Positions 60,740-64,000 of a stretch of 64,000 bases of DNA are shown here, piece after piece (within the stretch, counting starts at the first letter, position 1; every line of letters starts with the position of its first letter). The notes beneath the pieces are model-generated. The model was not told the DNA's origin and did no database searches. It worked only from the letters and a program-made list of their open reading frames with translations. Location of the stretch: the IMG/VR virus record IMGVR_UViG_3300035696_000002. One strand, 5' to 3'. The translations under genes and the position numbers were made by a program. The stretch is from a virus. Taxonomy: Duplodnaviria; Heunggongvirae; Uroviricota; Caudoviricetes.

Positions 60740-61027
60740 ATGTACCCTACCAAACAGCCGACCGAAGCCGAACAGAAAGTTGCTGATGCGATAATGCAGC
60801 ATGTCAACGGTCATGGTTTGCACCCCGAGGGTGTGGTCTCTGCCATGGCACGCGATCACCGAACCCTCCAGCAGCACATGACTCGCCTCGCGGTCGAATG
60901 GTTCGAGTACCTTGCCGCTCTGGAGCCGGGCCAATACGATCTCCGCAACGAAGCCAGCGTCCAGTTGGCGAAGGCGATAGTCGCGTCGCCTGAGTGGGAG
61001 GAGCGGAAACGCTTGCCCTATGTCTAA
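60740..61027 (+). CDS. hypothetical protein
   Basis: Track ORF downstream of a TATACT -10-like element. Confidence 0.5.
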   Translation: MYPTKQPTEAEQKVADAIMQHVNGHGLHPEGVVSAMARDHRTLQQHMTRLAVEWFEYLAALEPGQYDLRNEASVQLAKAIVASPEWEERKRLPYV

Positions 61028-61217
61028 ACTCACCTTCACGCAAGGCCGCAGGGATATCGTGGTGTCGCTCGACGACAAAGTCGTGGGCTTCATCAAGCGT
61101 GTGCCATGGGCACCTGAGGGCGGCATCGGCTACCAGTATTTCCCTAAAGATCAAAAGACGGGCGGGGAAAAGTTTCCGACTCTGCGGGAGTGCAAGAAAT
61201 CTCTGGAGGCTCAGTGA
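61020..61217 (+). CDS. hypothetical protein
   Basis: Track ORF. Confidence 0.45.
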   Translation: MSKLTFTQGRRDIVVSLDDKVVGFIKRVPWAPEGGIGYQYFPKDQKTGGEKFPTLRECKKSLEAQ

Positions 61218-61582
61218 AGCTGACGAAGGCACAGAGGGCGGTTCTCCAGCGAATGGCTGACGGACAGTTCGGTACCGAACTCCGCACGCCGGACGCCGTC
61301 ATGTGGGGATGGAACCGCGACGACTCTCCGATCAATTCCACGGTCGTGAGAAACTTGCTCCGCGTCGGCTACCTGTTCATCGACCGCACCAAGGGACTTT
61401 TGTTTGCCACGGGCCGAGGCCGCGACGCTTTGAAGATGGACACCCCGGAACTCAACCGTAGTTCGGCACAGCGAGTGCGTCGTGCGTTCGAGCGGGATGC
61501 AAAACGTCAAGCCAGCTTGAAGGAAGTGCGACAGTACGCACCCGGCTACATGGAAGCCGAGAAGGGGTTACGCAAATGGTAA
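61214..61582 (+). CDS. hypothetical basic protein, possibly DNA-binding
   Basis: GTG forming a GTGA overlap inside track ORF 61190..61582. Confidence 0.45.
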   Translation: MKLTKAQRAVLQRMADGQFGTELRTPDAVMWGWNRDDSPINSTVVRNLLRVGYLFIDRTKGLLFATGRGRDALKMDTPELNRSSAQRVRRAFERDAKRQASLKEVRQYAPGYMEAEKGLRKW

Positions 61583-61794
61583 GGTTCATCGGTGGTTTTC
61601 TTTTCACACTCGGAATCTATCTGATCGCTGTTGGCTTCCTGCTCTTCGTCGGATGGGTGGTGTCTCGGGGCCGAATGCCACGCGACATCAAGAACCACAC
61701 GATCAGCATCCGCCTGTTCTTCCTGAGCCTGACCGCAGAATTTTGTGCGGCCCTCAGCATTTTCTTCGGTCATGTTTTCATGGGGGTGCGATAA
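61576..61794 (+). CDS. membrane protein (2 TM)
   Basis: Track ORF. Confidence 0.45.
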   Translation: MVRFIGGFLFTLGIYLIAVGFLLFVGWVVSRGRMPRDIKNHTISIRLFFLSLTAEFCAALSIFFGHVFMGVR

Positions 61795-62360
61795 TGTACC
61801 GTTACAATCCAGTTCAACATCCGGTCAACCAGTTCACGTGGAACCACGACGGCGACAATTTTTACGGCCATGCTGAAACCAAGGCATCCCTCCAGACCAT
61901 TAAGGTTGGCGACAAGGTGTGGGTCGGCGATTCACAGTTCCCGTGCAAGGATGGCATCAAGACCGTCAGCCGCCTGACTGACACGCTCATCATCGTGGAC
62001 AAGGGCAGCGAGTACGAACGGTTTGACCGCCTCAAGTACGGCTACCAGAAACGCGGCGGCATGTTCAAGTCCAGCATCACTGGCATCGCTACACCTGCCG
62101 AAGTCACGGCCTACGAAAAGGAACAGGCCCGGAAGAAGGCCGAGCAGGACGAACGCGACCGCAAGCGTGCGGCACGCGAAGCCAAGCAGAAAGAACTCAA
62201 TGCCCTGTTCGAGGGCCGGAAGCTTTACGTTGTACCAGACCACGACGACGATGGGAAGCCTCAGACGTGGACGGTGCATGTCCACAACCTGACCGAGTCA
62301 GAAGTGCGAGGCATGGCCTCACTCGTCGCGGCTGCATCCCTCTTCAAGGAAGGAAAATAA
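61794..62360 (+). CDS. hypothetical protein with a charged coiled-coil middle
   Basis: Internal ATG of track ORF 61653..62360. Confidence 0.55.
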   Translation: MYRYNPVQHPVNQFTWNHDGDNFYGHAETKASLQTIKVGDKVWVGDSQFPCKDGIKTVSRLTDTLIIVDKGSEYERFDRLKYGYQKRGGMFKSSITGIATPAEVTAYEKEQARKKAEQDERDRKRAAREAKQKELNALFEGRKLYVVPDHDDDGKPQTWTVHVHNLTESEVRGMASLVAAASLFKEGK

Positions 62361-62587
62361 TGCCACGCATCTACAACTCAGCGAGTGATCCCATCGACTT
62401 CTGCAAGCGATGCTTTCCGAAGTCGGAAGCCAATGCCGAGAAGCAGTACGGCGACGTGGCCAAGACTGGCGAGGGGCCGGACGGTCGCGGCAACTGTTAT
62501 GGCTACAACGAAGAGCATCCGCCGTATGAGGAGTGTGACTACAACTGCGAGAAGTGTGGCAAACTCCTGACGGAGAATGACAACTAA
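62360..62587 (+). CDS. small Cys-rich protein (CxxC...CxxC)
   Basis: Internal ATG of track ORF 62267..62587. Confidence 0.5.
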   Translation: MPRIYNSASDPIDFCKRCFPKSEANAEKQYGDVAKTGEGPDGRGNCYGYNEEHPPYEECDYNCEKCGKLLTENDN

Positions 62588-62854
62588 GTGAACGCACATC
62601 AATTCATTTTCGGCGACCGCTTCGAAGAGTGTGTCGTTTACATCATCAACGAGGCGTGCAAGAAGAACACTCGTGAGGCTTTCAAAGAGGCCAAGACGAG
62701 GATCGACGGTATCCGGCTCCTGTTGCACTGGATGTCCGGCTCCGGGGGCGTGCCGATGCCCACAGCGTTCCTGTTACTGCGAAACGAGATGAACAACTTG
62801 GATCGCATCATAGAATCACCTGACGGCTGTTTGCCGAAGAAAGGAAGCCAATGA
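62588..62854 (+). CDS. hypothetical protein
   Basis: Track ORF (GTG start). Confidence 0.45.
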   Translation: MNAHQFIFGDRFEECVVYIINEACKKNTREAFKEAKTRIDGIRLLLHWMSGSGGVPMPTAFLLLRNEMNNLDRIIESPDGCLPKKGSQ

Positions 62855-63396
62855 GACCCGGACTGGCACTGGAACAAGAACTGCGGCGGATGACCATGGG
62901 AATGACCATGGGCAGCACGAAGTTCTTCCTGCCCACTCAACTGTTCTACAAGTGGATGAAGAAGAACTACGGCAGCCGCCGTGTCTACAGCGTGGGTGCC
63001 GGGGCCGGGCATGGCGTGAAGGGCCTGAACATGGCCGGGGTTGAGACCATCGGCCTCGATATCTTCCAGCACTCCAAGCAGGAATACCCGGTGCTGATCG
63101 CGGACGGCACGGCCTACGGCTACGACGAAGGATCAGTGGTATACGTCGCCCGGCCCTGCCACGGCAACTTTTTCACGGATGTAGTCGAGCGTGCTCTGGA
63201 ATGCAAAGTCCATGCTATACTGTACGTAGGCTTGGAACGAAACATTGAAGAGGACTTCGGCGATTACTACGACCAGTTCAAAAAAGAAACGGTGGGTGTC
63301 GGCGAAGATGGAGAAGGAATATGGCGACTAATCCCCTCGATCTCATCGACCCGAAAAGCTTCTCGGAACCGCTCTGCCAAAAGATTCAGGAGCTAA
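62851..63396 (+). CDS. class I SAM-dependent methyltransferase-like protein
   Basis: VYSVGAGAGHGVKGLNMAGVETIGLDI matches Rossmann motif I (xVGxGxG) plus the acidic motif II. Confidence 0.45.
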   Translation: MRPGLALEQELRRMTMGMTMGSTKFFLPTQLFYKWMKKNYGSRRVYSVGAGAGHGVKGLNMAGVETIGLDIFQHSKQEYPVLIADGTAYGYDEGSVVYVARPCHGNFFTDVVERALECKVHAILYVGLERNIEEDFGDYYDQFKKETVGVGEDGEGIWRLIPSISSTRKASRNRSAKRFRS

Positions 63397-63551
63397 ACCT
63401 GTATCTGCTGTTGCGGAACGATGCGGGTGGAATTCTGTTGATGAACGACGTGGTGACGGAGTTGGTAACTCTCTTAACGGGGTTGAATCATGGGCGAAGG
63501 ATGGAAGAGGGCGGTCAAGGCAGCGAAGGCTTCACGCAAGCCAAAGGCTAA
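63321..63551 (+). CDS. hypothetical protein; overlaps both neighbours
   Basis: Track ORF with reasonable GC3 that overlaps the methyltransferase 3' end by 75 nt. Confidence 0.3.
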   Translation: MATNPLDLIDPKSFSEPLCQKIQELNLYLLLRNDAGGILLMNDVVTELVTLLTGLNHGRRMEEGGQGSEGFTQAKG

Positions 63552-64000
63552 GAAGCCAGCGGCCCATACGATTCTCACTGCTATCGTGGTCGATTTCATG
63601 GGCCATGGGTTCGGCGAAGTGACCCGTGAGGACGAGATCGAAGAGCACAAGGAACGTTTCAGCGAGTTCGTGACACCCGCGAAGCTGAAACCCTACACCC
63701 CGATGTCCACCTATCCCGGCGAACTCAAGCCGGGTACCGATCTGGTGATCTACGACTTCGGCGGGTTGATGCCCGGCTCCGAGTCCCTGATGACCAACAA
63801 CGCCCGGCACCTGTTGCAGTGGGCTGCCGACAACCCGAATTCGCTGGTGGTGATCGTCTCCACATTCAGCTACGAGAACTGTGTGAAGTACGAGGCCGAG
63901 GAGTTGGGCCTGACCGATCTGCACAACATCGTCGCTGACTCGTCCATGGGCGGGTTCGATCTCGCTGACCCGGACAAGCAGAATCCGTGGTACAAAGGCA
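63489..64000 (+). CDS. hypothetical protein (3' end lies outside the window)
   Basis: ORF open to the window end: MGEGWKRAVKAAKASRKPKAKKPAAHTILTAIVVDFMGHGFGEVTREDEIEEHKERF...; the track's minus-strand ORF 63532..63924 is its antisense shadow. Confidence 0.5.

Noticed and set aside
63532-63924. Minus-strand ORF of 130 aa at the window end
   Set aside because: It is antisense to the better-supported + strand ORF 63489..>64000, which continues a + strand, translationally coupled gene series.
1-64000. Looked for CRISPR arrays, rRNA genes, tRNA cloverleaf candidates in intergenic gaps, and transposase/IS elements
   Set aside because: No regularly spaced direct repeats, no rRNA-like conserved stretches and no transposase-like ORFs were seen. 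Intergenic gaps are short (under 170 nt) and were not systematically folded, so a tRNA cannot be fully excluded.

Overview
The whole 64 kb window is phage-derived (a large, high-GC temperate phage or prophage); no host housekeeping genes, rRNA or CRISPR arrays were seen, and tRNAs were not systematically searched. It opens with the 3' end of a tyrosine-integrase gene (3-152) and a GC-rich, repeat-containing non-coding stretch that could be attP. Next comes an early-type region (about 0.9-14 kb) of very small, translationally coupled + strand genes, most joined by ATGA/GTGA overlaps. Its striking feature is about 30 paralogs of one roughly 55-80 aa Cys/His-rich protein with the core C-x8-12-C-[GE]-[KQ]-P-[AG]-[VI]-[DE]-[YFW] ... 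[WY]-[LWY]-C-A-E-H-[WY]-D. I read this as a C3H zinc-ribbon and could not map it to any family I know. A replication, nucleotide and transcription module follows (14-38 kb): an HTH regulator, the C-terminal half of an ABC/SMC-type ATPase, a Toprim primase-like protein, an RNA/DNA-ligase-like nucleotidyltransferase, a vWA protein, a NUDIX hydrolase, a DnaX-like clamp-loader subunit, a nucleoside hydrolase, a NusG/KOW paralog and a Clp_N-domain protein. A reverse-oriented accessory island (38.5-42.6 kb) lies between a bidirectional terminator and a divergent promoter region. It encodes a signal-peptide outer-membrane beta-barrel protein, small membrane proteins, and a zinc-ribbon protein fused to a Flp/Tad-type pilin that keeps the G/XXXXEY prepilin-peptidase site. 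After that come a lysis cassette with a signal-anchored peptidase-M15 endolysin, a ClpP protease plus an SPFH/band-7 protein, and an HNH endonuclease. A reverse-oriented operon (49.0-60.6 kb) encodes giant Thr/Ser/Gly-rich fibre-like proteins of 1670, 971, 394, 286, 266 and 253 aa; three share an N-terminal anchor and four share a repeated beta-rich domain of about 70 aa. The window closes with more small + strand genes, including a SAM-methyltransferase-like protein. A 15-nt motif, GAAAAGCCAGTATTA (core CCAGTATTA), recurs 5-20 nt upstream of several start codons and is a candidate phage-specific promoter. Coordinates that are not taken directly from the ORF track were hand-derived by offsetting from track ORFs and may be off by a few nucleotides.
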